From the IMG/VR virus record IMGVR_UViG_3300012347_000377, positions 192,001-256,000 of that record: 64,000 nt of DNA. The stretch is one strand, 5' to 3'. Shown here piece after piece: positions 1 to 9,783 of this stretch. The notes under the pieces were generated by a model, which was given only the letters and a program-made list of their open reading frames with translations, ran no database searches and was not told the origin of the DNA. This DNA is from a virus (Duplodnaviria > Heunggongvirae > Uroviricota > Caudoviricetes). Each line of letters opens with the position of its first letter. The first letter of the stretch is position 1. The translations under genes and the position numbers were made by a program.

Positions 1-972
1 GTAGCGATTTCAAATCGTCCTTATGGTGGTTTGCCAGTAGGTAGAATTGTTGAAGTTACGGGATTAGAACAAAGTGGTAAATCATTACTATCAGCCCACT
101 TACTTGCGGAAACGCAGAAACAAGGTGGAGTTGCAGTATTGATTGATACGGAAACTGCAGTAAGTAGAGAATTTTTAGAAGCAATCGGTGTGGATGTGAA
201 AAAATTACTTTATGTATCAGCAGATTCAGTTGAACAAATCTTTGACTTTACCGAAACAATCATTGAGAAAGTTAGACAAACGGATAAGAATCGTTTGGTG
301 ACAATCGTAACCGATTCAGTTGCAGCCGCATCAACAAAAACGGAGTTAGCAGCAGATTATGGTAAAGATGGTTATGCTACCGATAAAGCAATCATCATTT
401 CGAAAGCGATGAGAAAAATTACTAATATGATTGGAAGACAGAAAATCTTATTAGTATATACCAACCAATTACGTCAAAAGATGAACGCAATGCCGTTCGG
501 TGACCCATGGACAACATCTGGAGGTAAAGCCTTAGCATTCCACGCATCGGTAAGATTGCGTTTGAAAGGAATGGGACAGATTAAAGTTAAGACAGGTGGT
601 CAAGACAGAATCGTTGGTATGAAAGTTAGAGCACAAGTTGTTAAAAACAGAATGGGTCCACCATTGAGAGCAGCAGATTTTGATATTTTCTTCGATAGAG
701 GTATTGATAATTATGGTTCATGGTTGACAGTGATGAAAGACAATAAGATTGTAAAACAATCAGGTGCATGGTATGAATATACCGATACGGATACTGGTGA
801 AGTTATTAAATTCCAATCGAAAGATTTTGTTGATTTAATGACAACTAGAGATGATGTTAGAGAACAAATTTACAAAAAGATTTGTGAAGAAACCATCTTA
901 CAATACAAATCTGATACATACGATGTTGAAGATATGGAAATAGAAACATCAGGTCCTGGTATGGATGATTAA
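1..972 (+). CDS. recA: RecA/UvsX recombinase (5' end truncated by window)
   Basis: Frame open from base 1 (VAISNRPYGGLPVGR); Walker A GLEQSGKS, DSVAA, NQLR, SGGKALAFHASVRL, VKNR motifs. Confidence 0.96.
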   Translation, partial: VAISNRPYGGLPVGRIVEVTGLEQSGKSLLSAHLLAETQKQGGVAVLIDTETAVSREFLEAIGVDVKKLLYVSADSVEQIFDFTETIIEKVRQTDKNRLVTIVTDSVAAASTKTELAADYGKDGYATDKAIIISKAMRKITNMIGRQKILLVYTNQLRQKMNAMPFGDPWTTSGGKALAFHASVRLRLKGMGQIKVKTGGQDRIVGMKVRAQVVKNRMGPPLRAADFDIFFDRGIDNYGSWLTVMKDNKIVKQSGAWYEYTDTDTGEVIKFQSKDFVDLMTTRDDVREQIYKKICEETILQYKSDTYDVEDMEIETSGPGMDD

Positions 973-982
973 AACAAATTAA

Positions 983-2038
983 ATGAAAGAACTATATAAA
1001 AATATTTTGAATTCGGTTGAACAAGAACGCAACCAAAATATCGATAAACATAAGAACTCACGGGTTCTTATTATCGATGGATTGAACACATTTATCCGAT
1101 GCTGGTCATCCATTCCTACAATGAATGATGATGGTGACCACGTTGCCGGAGTAACTGGTGTTTTGAAATCAATTGGTTACGCAATCAGACAAACTCAACC
1201 GACAAGATGTATTATTGTGTTCGATGGTAAGGGTGGTTCGCAAGAACGAAAGAAAAAGTTTAGTGGATATAAGGCAGATAGAGATAAGAACAAACTCCGA
1301 ATCAATCGGCAGTATGCTGATTTTATGACAGAAGAAGATGAAAGAGAATCAATGAAACGCCAATTCGTTTGGTTGAATGAGATTCTTAATCATTTACCGG
1401 TTACAACTATGATTTATGACGGAGTTGAAGCTGATGATGTTATGGCTTATATCGCTACTCAACTTCTAAAAGAAGACGAACAGGCGGTAGTTATGTCAAC
1501 TGATAAGGATTTCCTACAATTAGTTGATGATAAAACTATCGTCTGGTCACCCACCAAAAAGAAAATTTACAATAGAAAAGCAATTAAGGAAGAATTTGGT
1601 ATTGAATCTAAAAACTTACTCCTATATCGTGTATTAGATGGTGATAAATCAGATAATATTCCCGGAGTATATGGATGTGGTATTAAAACCCTTGTAAAGA
1701 GGTTTCCCGAGATGACTGAGGATGTTAAATTATCAGTAGATGATTTGTTTAGACTATCCGAAGAAAAGAAGTTAGAATCGAAAGGTAAGATTAAATTGTA
1801 TAGTGATATACTTGAAGCAAAACCACAAATTCTAATGAATAGGGAATTAATGCAATTAGCAGACCCCGATATTAGTGGTAGTATTAAAATGAATATTTTA
1901 GATAGATTCGGAGAACCGATTAAACCCTTAAATAAAATTGATTTTCTTAAAATTCTTTTGAAATACAAAGTTGTCAATGCATTTGGTGATATAAATGATT
2001 GGTTAAAAATCACATTTGGAAATATCATCACAGATTAA
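983..2038 (+). CDS. 5'-3' exonuclease / flap endonuclease (T4 RNase H / PolI N-terminal type)
   Basis: IIDG, VFDG, YKADR, EADD, STDKD, GDKSDNIPGV motifs. Confidence 0.93.
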   Translation: MKELYKNILNSVEQERNQNIDKHKNSRVLIIDGLNTFIRCWSSIPTMNDDGDHVAGVTGVLKSIGYAIRQTQPTRCIIVFDGKGGSQERKKKFSGYKADRDKNKLRINRQYADFMTEEDERESMKRQFVWLNEILNHLPVTTMIYDGVEADDVMAYIATQLLKEDEQAVVMSTDKDFLQLVDDKTIVWSPTKKKIYNRKAIKEEFGIESKNLLLYRVLDGDKSDNIPGVYGCGIKTLVKRFPEMTEDVKLSVDDLFRLSEEKKLESKGKIKLYSDILEAKPQILMNRELMQLADPDISGSIKMNILDRFGEPIKPLNKIDFLKILLKYKVVNAFGDINDWLKITFGNIITD

Positions 2039-2040
2039 AA

Positions 2041-2072
2041 TTTGGAATTACCAAATTAATTTCGTATCTTTG
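2041..2072 (+). promoter_or_regulatory. Bacteroidota-type -33/-7 promoter (helicase)
   Basis: TTTG at 2041, TATCTTTG at 2065; 20-nt spacer; includes TTTGG-N5-CCAAA palindrome. Confidence 0.85.
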
Positions 2073-2100
2073 TACGAACAATAAAAAAGTTATAGAATAA

Positions 2101-3459
2101 ATGCAAGAAGTAGATACTTTATCGAAATACGGACAATCATTCCAAAGTAAAGTTTTATCTGCTCTGATTACAGATGCTAAATTTTTAGATACAGTCGCTG
2201 AAATCACTACTCAAAAATTCTTTGAAAGTGAAGCAAATAAGTGGATTGTATCTGAAATTTTAGATTATCATTCAGAGTATAGAAAAGCACCCACATTGGA
2301 TGTATTCAAAGTTCAATTATCAAAGGTTGATAATGATATTTTGAAGAAAACGGTTGTTGATCAATTAAAACATATATGGACACAAGTTGGTAATGCAGAT
2401 TTAGAATACATCAAAAGTGAATTCGCCGATTTCTGTATTAACCAAAACTTAAAAGGAGTAATCTTACAATCAGTTGATTTATTAAAGGCAGGTTCTTATG
2501 ATAAAATCAAAGATTTGGTAGATAAGGCTTTGAAAGTTGGGGTTGAAAACAATTTGGGTCACGATTATATTTTAGATTTTGATGAACGTTCAACTGATGT
2601 AAAGAGAGATACTGTCCCAACTGACTGGGCTCCGGTTACCGAACTTATGGATGGTGGATTAGGACCGGGTGAGTTAGGAGTTGTTGTTGCACCATCGGGT
2701 GTTGGTAAGACTTGGATTTTAACTGCATTAGGTGCATCCGCTGTAAAACGTGGATTGAGTGTAGTTCATTATACAATGGAATTATCAGAACATTATGTAG
2801 GTGCAAGATACGATACTGTCTTTACTCATATTCCATCTGCGGATTTGAAAGAACGAACTGAAGAAGTTAAACATAAAATCGGTTCATTGAAAGGACAATT
2901 ACTTATTAAATATTATCCACCAAAAGGTGTAACGGTAAAAAAATTACAAGCACACATTGAGAAGATGATTTCATTGGGTAATAAACCAGATTTGATTATT
3001 GTGGATTATGCAGATTTACTTCTTTCACATTCATCCAAAAATGATTCAACTTATGCAGAACAAGGTGGTGTGTATATTGATTTAAGAGGTATGGGTGGTG
3101 AATTAGGTATTCCGGTCTGGACTGCATCACAAACCAATCGTTCGGCAATCGATAGTGAGGTTATTGAAGCAGATAAGATTGCTGATTCATATGCAAAGGT
3201 AATGAACGCAGATTTTATTATGAGTTGGAGTAGAAAATCCAAAGATAAACTGAATAACACTGCACGTTGTCACATTATGAAAAACAGATTCGGACAAGAT
3301 GGTATTACATTCCCTTGTAAGATGGATACTAATACGGGATTCATTGAAGTTTACGAAGGAAATACTCCAGATGGAATTCTAGCACAAAAAGAATCCGCAT
3401 CAGGTCAATTAGTTCAAAAACAACTACTACATAAAAAATATGTAGAGAATATGGGGTAA
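2101..3459 (+). CDS. dnaB: Replicative DnaB-like (T4 gp41-type) helicase
   Basis: Walker A APSGVGKT, TMELSE, IIVDYADL, TASQTNR, MKNRFG. Confidence 0.93.
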   Translation: MQEVDTLSKYGQSFQSKVLSALITDAKFLDTVAEITTQKFFESEANKWIVSEILDYHSEYRKAPTLDVFKVQLSKVDNDILKKTVVDQLKHIWTQVGNADLEYIKSEFADFCINQNLKGVILQSVDLLKAGSYDKIKDLVDKALKVGVENNLGHDYILDFDERSTDVKRDTVPTDWAPVTELMDGGLGPGELGVVVAPSGVGKTWILTALGASAVKRGLSVVHYTMELSEHYVGARYDTVFTHIPSADLKERTEEVKHKIGSLKGQLLIKYYPPKGVTVKKLQAHIEKMISLGNKPDLIIVDYADLLLSHSSKNDSTYAEQGGVYIDLRGMGGELGIPVWTASQTNRSAIDSEVIEADKIADSYAKVMNADFIMSWSRKSKDKLNNTARCHIMKNRFGQDGITFPCKMDTNTGFIEVYEGNTPDGILAQKESASGQLVQKQLLHKKYVENMG

Positions 3460-4511
3460 TGATAAACTATAACTCTTTTAACAAATTCGTAGAATATGAC
3501 CAATTAGATTTGGATTATTTTAAGGTCACTCAAAATGTTTTCAGTATAACGGATGTGGATTCTGCTTTAGAAATTATATTCCAATATCACCGAAAGCATG
3601 GGTTTCCTCATTATAATATTCCAAAACATAAAAGATTGGATGTATTAAGTGGATTACGAAAATTTGATGAACAAACTTTACTGAAAGATGGAAAAATAGA
3701 TCAAACAATGCATGGATTATCTCTTGCATGGACTTATTTTCCTCATTGGGTAGAGGTTGAGTGTGGTAATAACAAAATGAAACCAATTGAATATTGGGAG
3801 GATGATTCTAAGTTAAAGGAAATTATCCGTAAAACGTGGGATTGGCAAATTAAACATGGTAATGGTTCATTCACTCTAAATCGGTTAAGACAAAACTTTA
3901 AGATTTATGGTGGTAATCAATCAGTATCTAATTTTAGACCATCAGCAGCAAAATATATTTACAATACCTACGGAAATGGTGGAGTAGTTTGGGATATGAG
4001 TTGTGGATGGGGTGGAAGGTTGATAGGATTCCTCTCCAGTAATTGTAAAAGGTATATTGGAACAGAACCCTCAACTAAAACATTTAATGGATTAGAGAGG
4101 TTGAATGCGGAGTTAAACGATGGTAAAGAAGTTCAACTGCATCAGTTGGGTTCTGAAATCTTCAAACCCGATGAAAATTCATTAGATTTATGTTTTACAT
4201 CACCTCCATATTTTGATACTGAAAAATATTCAGATGAGGAAACCCAATCTTATAAAAAATATCCATCCGAATCCGAATGGACTAATGGGTTTTTAAAAGA
4301 TACGGTTTCTAATTGTTTTGTAGGATTAAAATCGGGTGGTAAGATGTTGTTAAATATCGCAAATACTCCTAAATACAAGACAATAGAATCTGAAACTATA
4401 AGAGTTTCTACTGAAGTTGGGTTCAAGCATATCGATACAATTTATCTGATACTTTCATCAGTTTCGGGTAAAGGTGAGAAATTAGAACCAATCTTTGTAT
4501 TTCAAAAATAA
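3459..4511 (+). CDS. SAM-dependent DNA amino-methyltransferase-like protein (paralogue 1)
   Basis: Motif I DMSCGWGGRL and motif IV FTSPPYF. Confidence 0.85.
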   Translation: MINYNSFNKFVEYDQLDLDYFKVTQNVFSITDVDSALEIIFQYHRKHGFPHYNIPKHKRLDVLSGLRKFDEQTLLKDGKIDQTMHGLSLAWTYFPHWVEVECGNNKMKPIEYWEDDSKLKEIIRKTWDWQIKHGNGSFTLNRLRQNFKIYGGNQSVSNFRPSAAKYIYNTYGNGGVVWDMSCGWGGRLIGFLSSNCKRYIGTEPSTKTFNGLERLNAELNDGKEVQLHQLGSEIFKPDENSLDLCFTSPPYFDTEKYSDEETQSYKKYPSESEWTNGFLKDTVSNCFVGLKSGGKMLLNIANTPKYKTIESETIRVSTEVGFKHIDTIYLILSSVSGKGEKLEPIFVFQK

Positions 4512-4688
4512 AACCACTATATCAAAAAATTATTACACCTAAAATAAAAATTGAGTATAATGTAGAACAATGAAAAAGTAGAAAAAAAGTTTAAAAATTT
4601 AATTCTGTTTTTCAATATATACCATAGTTATACTCACCAACACAACAAAGTGTTGTAAACAAATGTTTAACTTAATAAAATAAATTTT

Positions 4689-4859
4689 ATGGCAAATTCA
4701 AACGAATTATTCGAACAAATGAAAGAATTATTTTCACAATTCGAAACAGAACACAACGGAACAACAAAAGCAGCTAAATCAAGAGCAAGAAAAGCAATTG
4801 GTGAGTTGAAAAAATTAGTAACAGAATACAGAAAAGTATCAGTAGAAGAAGCAAAATAA
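4689..4859 (+). CDS. Histone H1-like (Hc1-type) small basic protein, 56 aa; not in ORF track
   Basis: MANSNELFEQMKELFSQFETEHNGTTKAAKSRARKAIGELKKLVTEYRKVSVEEAK; KAAxxRARKA..ELKK..EYRKVS pattern of Bacteroidota histone H1-like proteins. Confidence 0.85.
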   Translation: MANSNELFEQMKELFSQFETEHNGTTKAAKSRARKAIGELKKLVTEYRKVSVEEAK

Positions 4860-4873
4860 ATCAAGAGAGTTAT

Positions 4874-5887
4874 ATGAGCATACTATTCACAGAAAGAATA
4901 CCTTTCAAACCATTCGAATTTCCAGTATATTACACAGAGGGTTGGTTAAAACAAGCCCAAGCGTTTTGGTTGCATACCGAAATATCTATGCAAGGAGATG
5001 TTAAAGATTGGAATGAACACTTAACTAAATCCGAAAAACATTTAGTAGGTAATATTCTTTTGGGTTTTGCTCAAACCGAATGTGCCGTTTCTGATTATTG
5101 GACTGGTATGGTGACCAAATGGTTTCCAAAACACGAAATTAAACAAATGGCAATGATGTTTGGTTCTCAAGAAACTATTCATGCTACTGCATATTCTTAT
5201 TTAAACGAAACTTTAGGATTGGATGATTTCTCTGCATTCTTGCACGAACCTGCAACTGCAGAGAAATTCAATCTCTTAACAAACACAACCGCAGATTGGA
5301 CACCAACTGATTTAAATACAAATCATCTTGCAAGAGTTGAGGTTGCTAGAAGTTTAGCAATATTCTCTGCATTCTCTGAAGGTGTATCACTATATTCATC
5401 ATTCGCAGTTCTTTACTCATTCCAAATGAGAAATCTTTTAAAAGGTATTGGACAACAAATGAAATGGTCTGTAAGAGATGAATCACTACATAGTAAGATG
5501 GGGTGTCAATTATTCAGACATATGTGTGAAGAATTTCCTGAATTATTAGAAGAGGCTAAAGATTCAATTTATAAAGCAGCAAAATTAATCATTGAACTGG
5601 AACATAATTTCATTGATAAAATGTTTGAATTGGGTGATTTGGAGAATCTTAAAAAAGATGATTTAAAACATTTCATTATACAACGAGTTAATGAAAAATT
5701 GGGTGAATTGGGGTATAATCCAATTCCCGGTGGCGATGATTATTTTGAATACGATAAGAAAAAAGCAGAAAATTTAGAGTGGTTTTATCACTTAACGGGT
5801 GGAACTACCCACACCGATTTCTTCGCAGTTAGACCTACTGATTATTCAAAAGCAGGTGAAGGTGAAGATTGGGGTGATATTTTTTAA
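4874..5887 (+). CDS. nrdB: Ribonucleotide reductase class I beta subunit
   Basis: ETIHATAYS, EGVSLYSSF, RDESLH diiron motifs; C-terminal HTDFF. Confidence 0.96.
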   Translation: MSILFTERIPFKPFEFPVYYTEGWLKQAQAFWLHTEISMQGDVKDWNEHLTKSEKHLVGNILLGFAQTECAVSDYWTGMVTKWFPKHEIKQMAMMFGSQETIHATAYSYLNETLGLDDFSAFLHEPATAEKFNLLTNTTADWTPTDLNTNHLARVEVARSLAIFSAFSEGVSLYSSFAVLYSFQMRNLLKGIGQQMKWSVRDESLHSKMGCQLFRHMCEEFPELLEEAKDSIYKAAKLIIELEHNFIDKMFELGDLENLKKDDLKHFIIQRVNEKLGELGYNPIPGGDDYFEYDKKKAENLEWFYHLTGGTTHTDFFAVRPTDYSKAGEGEDWGDIF

Positions 5888-5905
5888 ACAATAAAACAGG
5901 TTACA

Positions 5906-6247
5906 ATGACGGAATTAGAATTTTCCACAGAACCATCAGTAAATTCATTTGATATTTTAATTGATAATGTTATTGGATGGGCAGATGATAAAAACATCTT
6001 AAAAAAAGAAAATGCACCAAAACAGATGTTGAAGGTAATTGAGGAGTTAGGGGAAACCGCAGGTGCGATTGCAAAATCAAAAGAATTAGAGATTAAAGAT
6101 GGTATTGGTGATACATTCGTAACACTAATCATTCTAGCCAAACAATTGGGTTTAGAACCAGTAGATTGTTTACAGGCCGCATGGGATGAAATTAAAGATA
6201 GAAAAGGAAAGACCGTTAATGGTGTTTTCGTAAAAGAAGAAAAATAA
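5906..6247 (+). CDS. MazG-like nucleotide pyrophosphohydrolase
   Basis: KVIEELGE...DGIGD acidic motif; IKDRKGK tail typical of phage MazG-like proteins. Confidence 0.85.
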   Translation: MTELEFSTEPSVNSFDILIDNVIGWADDKNILKKENAPKQMLKVIEELGETAGAIAKSKELEIKDGIGDTFVTLIILAKQLGLEPVDCLQAAWDEIKDRKGKTVNGVFVKEEK

Positions 6248-6248
6248 A

Positions 6249-8033
6249 ATGGCAGTTAAAAACTACGGAGAAGAAATAGGTTGGGAATTAGATGTTGATT
6301 TTCCATCATGGGGTAATACGGAGATATATGTAAAAACCATATCAAAAGGATATTTACTACCCGGTGAAAAACCAAAAGATGCATATTGGAGAGTTGCTAC
6401 AAAAGTTGCTCAAAGATTGAACAAACCACAATTAGCTACAAAGTTTTTTGATTACATTTGGAAAGGATGGTTAAATCTTGCAACACCGGTATTATCAAAT
6501 ACAGGTACTGATAGAGGTTTACCCATTTCTTGTTTTGGTATAGATGTTGCAGATTCAATCTTTGATATTGGTTCAAAGAACTTAGAATTAATGCTACTTG
6601 CTAAACATGGTGGTGGAGTTGGTATTGGTATTAACCAAATCAGACCCGCTGGAGCACCTATTACTGGTAATGGAACATCCGATGGTGTAGTTCCTTTTGC
6701 TAAAATATACGATTCTACTATTCTTGCAACTAATCAAGGTTCAGTAAGAAGAGGAGCAGCATCAGTAAACTTAAACATTGAACATAAGGATTTTGAAGAA
6801 TGGTTGGAAATCAGAGAACCGAAAGGTGATGTGAATCGTCAATCACTTAATCTACATCAATGTGCAGTTATTGGTGATAAGTTTATGAGAAAACTACAAG
6901 ATGGTGATGAAACTGCACGAAGAAAATGGGGTAAATTACTTCAGAAACGTAAAGCAACAGGTGAACCATATATTTTCTTCAAAGGAAACGTAAACAAACA
7001 AAACCCAGATTCATATAAACAAAATGGATTAAAGGTGTTTATGACAAATATATGTTCAGAAATTACTTTACATACCGATGAATCACACTCATTTGTATGT
7101 TGTTTATCATCACTTAACCTTGCTAAATACGATGAGTGGAAAGATACTGATTTAGTATATACTGCAACATGGTTTTTAGATGGTGTTCTTTCTGAATTCA
7201 TTCAAAAGGCAAAAGGATTAAGAGGATTTGAAAATTCAGTTCGTTCTGCAGAAAAAGGTAGAGCATTAGGTTTAGGTGTATTAGGATGGCACACTTATTT
7301 ACAGAAAAATGGTATTCCGTTTGAAGGAATGAGTGCACAATTCGAAACTCGTAAGATTTTCTCTCAATTAAAGATTGAATCTGAAAGAGCAAGTAGAGAT
7401 ATGGCAACTGAATATGGCGAACCATTATGGTGTAAAGATACTGGTTTCCGTAATACTCACTTACGTGCAATTGCACCAACGGTTTCAAATTCGAAATTGA
7501 GCGGTGATGTATCTGCCGGTATTGAGCCATGGGCTGCAAACGTATTTACCGAACAAACATCAAAAGGAACTTTCATTCGTAGAAATGGCGAATTGGAAAA
7601 AGTATTGAAAAAAGTTGGATTGAACACAAAAGAAGTATGGGATAAAATCCTTGCAGATGGTGGGTCTATCCAAGATATCAGCGAATTAGACCAATGGTGT
7701 TTCTTAAATGGTAAAGTAGTTAAATGTGATGAAGTTTCAGTTGAAGATTCAGTTAAAACATTTAGAGTAAAGGATGTATTCAAAACATTCAAAGAAATTA
7801 ATCAATTAGATTTAGTAAGACAAGCAGGAATTAGACAACAATATATTGACCAATCAGTTTCTCTAAACTTAGCATTCCCTGCAACAGCAGAACCTAAGTG
7901 GATTAACCAAGTAACTATGGAAGCTTGGAAACAAGGTGTTAAAACCTTATACTATATGAGAACTGAATCAGTATTGAGAGGTGATATAGCAGCAAAAGCA
8001 ATGGATCCTGAATGTCTATCTTGTGATGGATAA
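6249..8033 (+). CDS. nrdA: Ribonucleotide reductase class I alpha subunit (no ATP cone)
   Basis: ATPVLSN, ISCF, TNICSEI, CCLSSLN, IAPT, KTLYY, C-terminal CLSCDG. Confidence 0.96.
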   Translation: MAVKNYGEEIGWELDVDFPSWGNTEIYVKTISKGYLLPGEKPKDAYWRVATKVAQRLNKPQLATKFFDYIWKGWLNLATPVLSNTGTDRGLPISCFGIDVADSIFDIGSKNLELMLLAKHGGGVGIGINQIRPAGAPITGNGTSDGVVPFAKIYDSTILATNQGSVRRGAASVNLNIEHKDFEEWLEIREPKGDVNRQSLNLHQCAVIGDKFMRKLQDGDETARRKWGKLLQKRKATGEPYIFFKGNVNKQNPDSYKQNGLKVFMTNICSEITLHTDESHSFVCCLSSLNLAKYDEWKDTDLVYTATWFLDGVLSEFIQKAKGLRGFENSVRSAEKGRALGLGVLGWHTYLQKNGIPFEGMSAQFETRKIFSQLKIESERASRDMATEYGEPLWCKDTGFRNTHLRAIAPTVSNSKLSGDVSAGIEPWAANVFTEQTSKGTFIRRNGELEKVLKKVGLNTKEVWDKILADGGSIQDISELDQWCFLNGKVVKCDEVSVEDSVKTFRVKDVFKTFKEINQLDLVRQAGIRQQYIDQSVSLNLAFPATAEPKWINQVTMEAWKQGVKTLYYMRTESVLRGDIAAKAMDPECLSCDG

Positions 8034-8059
8034 AATAAAAAAAATAAGGAGAACAGAAA

Positions 8060-8323
8060 ATGATTGAAGTAAAAAAATTCTCAGCAGCATGGTGTGGTCC
8101 ATGTAAAGTGTTGGCACCTATTATGGAAAATGTTAAATCAAAATTTGATAATATTAAATTTGAAAACATTGATGTAGATTCACAATTTGAAATCGCATCC
8201 AAATATTCAATCCGTTCCGTTCCAACCGTTATTGTTGAAAAAGATGGAAAAGAGATTGGCAGATTTACAGGAGTTCAATCTGAAATGGCATATGTAAACG
8301 CATTAAATGAGTATAGCAAATAG
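8060..8323 (+). CDS. trxA: Thioredoxin
   Basis: WCGPC active site, SVPT. Confidence 0.95.
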   Translation: MIEVKKFSAAWCGPCKVLAPIMENVKSKFDNIKFENIDVDSQFEIASKYSIRSVPTVIVEKDGKEIGRFTGVQSEMAYVNALNEYSK

Positions 8324-8489
8324 ACGTGGTGAAAATCATCCAAAAGCAAAACTTACAAACGAACAAGTTAGGATAATAAGAGAACTCTATTCAAAAGGGT
8401 TCTCTACTAACGTTATTGCCAGAAACTTCAAAGTTTCCGTATGGAATATTGAAGAAATAGTGAAACGAAGAACATGGGCACACATTTAA
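8307..8489 (+). CDS. Small HTH DNA-binding protein (resembles C-terminal module of phage HNH endonucleases)
   Basis: GENHPKAKLT...IARNFKVS...I..R.TW pattern. Confidence 0.65.
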   Translation: MSIANRRGENHPKAKLTNEQVRIIRELYSKGFSTNVIARNFKVSVWNIEEIVKRRTWAHI

Positions 8490-8521
8490 TTTGGAAATGT
8501 GAATTATTTTTCGTATATTTG
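8490..8521 (+). promoter_or_regulatory. Bacteroidota-type -33/-7 promoter (MTase 2 / ABC-GNAT)
   Basis: TTTG at 8490, TATATTTG at 8514. Confidence 0.85.
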
Positions 8522-8546
8522 TAAAATATAAAATAAATTAAAGGTT

Positions 8547-9779
8547 ATGTATTTAGAATATTTTGATAAATTCTATGATATGGCTCCGTATCTTCATATT
8601 AATAAAGAAGAATGGAGTTATATTAAAAAAACATTTGATAGAGAAGATGTAAAAGAATCTCTAGCAAGAGTAGCAGCAACATATGAAATTCCATATGCAG
8701 ATATATCCGAAGAGGATGCAAGAACTGAATACCTAAAACTCAAAGGGTTCAGATGGAATGAATTATTCACCGAAGGAGATTGGGTGCCAAGAAAGGCATC
8801 GGAATCTCGTTATCCAATTACATTTCAAGGAAAGAACCAATACGTCAGACGTATCAACACAGGTAATGCCGCATCTAATTATTTTCAACAAGCAAATCGT
8901 TGGAGTGTAGATGGCACAGTGTCACCTGGTCCTTATAGAACTTGGAATAATCCTGATTTTATGTTTTCACTTATGGGTGGAATGTACACTTTGAAATTCG
9001 ATGAAGTGACAAAAAATACCCTAAGAACTTGTTTAAGTTTACGAAAGTATATTTGCTCACAATTCAAACCCAACGTTGCAAAAGTATTATACGATTTTGT
9101 AGAAGCAAAAAATGTATTAGATATTTCTGCAGGATGGGGAGATAGATTGTGTGGATTTTATGCATCGGAACATGGAGAACATTTTGTAGGTATTGACCCT
9201 CGAACTGAAAATCATCCAATTTATAGAGAACAAGCAAACTTTTATGAAAAACATAATGGTTTCTTCGAAACTAAAAAGAAATCAACTTTTTATGAATCAC
9301 CTGCTGAAGATTTAGATTTGGGTGAATATAAAGAATACTTTGATATTGTATTCAGTTCGCCACCATATTTCAATGTAGAGAGATATTCGTATGATGATAC
9401 TCAAAGTTGGGTTCGTTATAAAACAATTGATGATTGGAACAAAAACTTCTTACATAAAACTATTGCAAATGTTTGGCCCACTATTAAAAAGGGTGGATAT
9501 TTGGCAGTGAATATTGCCGATGTCTATGCCGCATCTAAGGGTGATGGTAAAGGACAACAAGAAATCACTAACCCTATGAACGATTTTATATCCACATTAG
9601 AGGGTGCAGAGTATCAAGGATGTTTGGGTATGGAAATGGCCAAAAGACCGGGTTCTGCAGGGGCAGGAATGATTATAGAAGGTGATGAGGAAAGATATTC
9701 CGAAGAAGAATTAAAAAAGAACGAAGAAGCAAAAGATAAAACGTTTTGTGAACCTGTATGGGTTTGGCGTAAAATGTAA
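8547..9779 (+). CDS. SAM-dependent DNA amino-methyltransferase-like protein (paralogue 2)
   Basis: DISAGWGDRL and FSSPPYF motifs. Confidence 0.85.
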   Translation: MYLEYFDKFYDMAPYLHINKEEWSYIKKTFDREDVKESLARVAATYEIPYADISEEDARTEYLKLKGFRWNELFTEGDWVPRKASESRYPITFQGKNQYVRRINTGNAASNYFQQANRWSVDGTVSPGPYRTWNNPDFMFSLMGGMYTLKFDEVTKNTLRTCLSLRKYICSQFKPNVAKVLYDFVEAKNVLDISAGWGDRLCGFYASEHGEHFVGIDPRTENHPIYREQANFYEKHNGFFETKKKSTFYESPAEDLDLGEYKEYFDIVFSSPPYFNVERYSYDDTQSWVRYKTIDDWNKNFLHKTIANVWPTIKKGGYLAVNIADVYAASKGDGKGQQEITNPMNDFISTLEGAEYQGCLGMEMAKRPGSAGAGMIIEGDEERYSEEELKKNEEAKDKTFCEPVWVWRKM

Positions 9780-9783
9780 TTAA

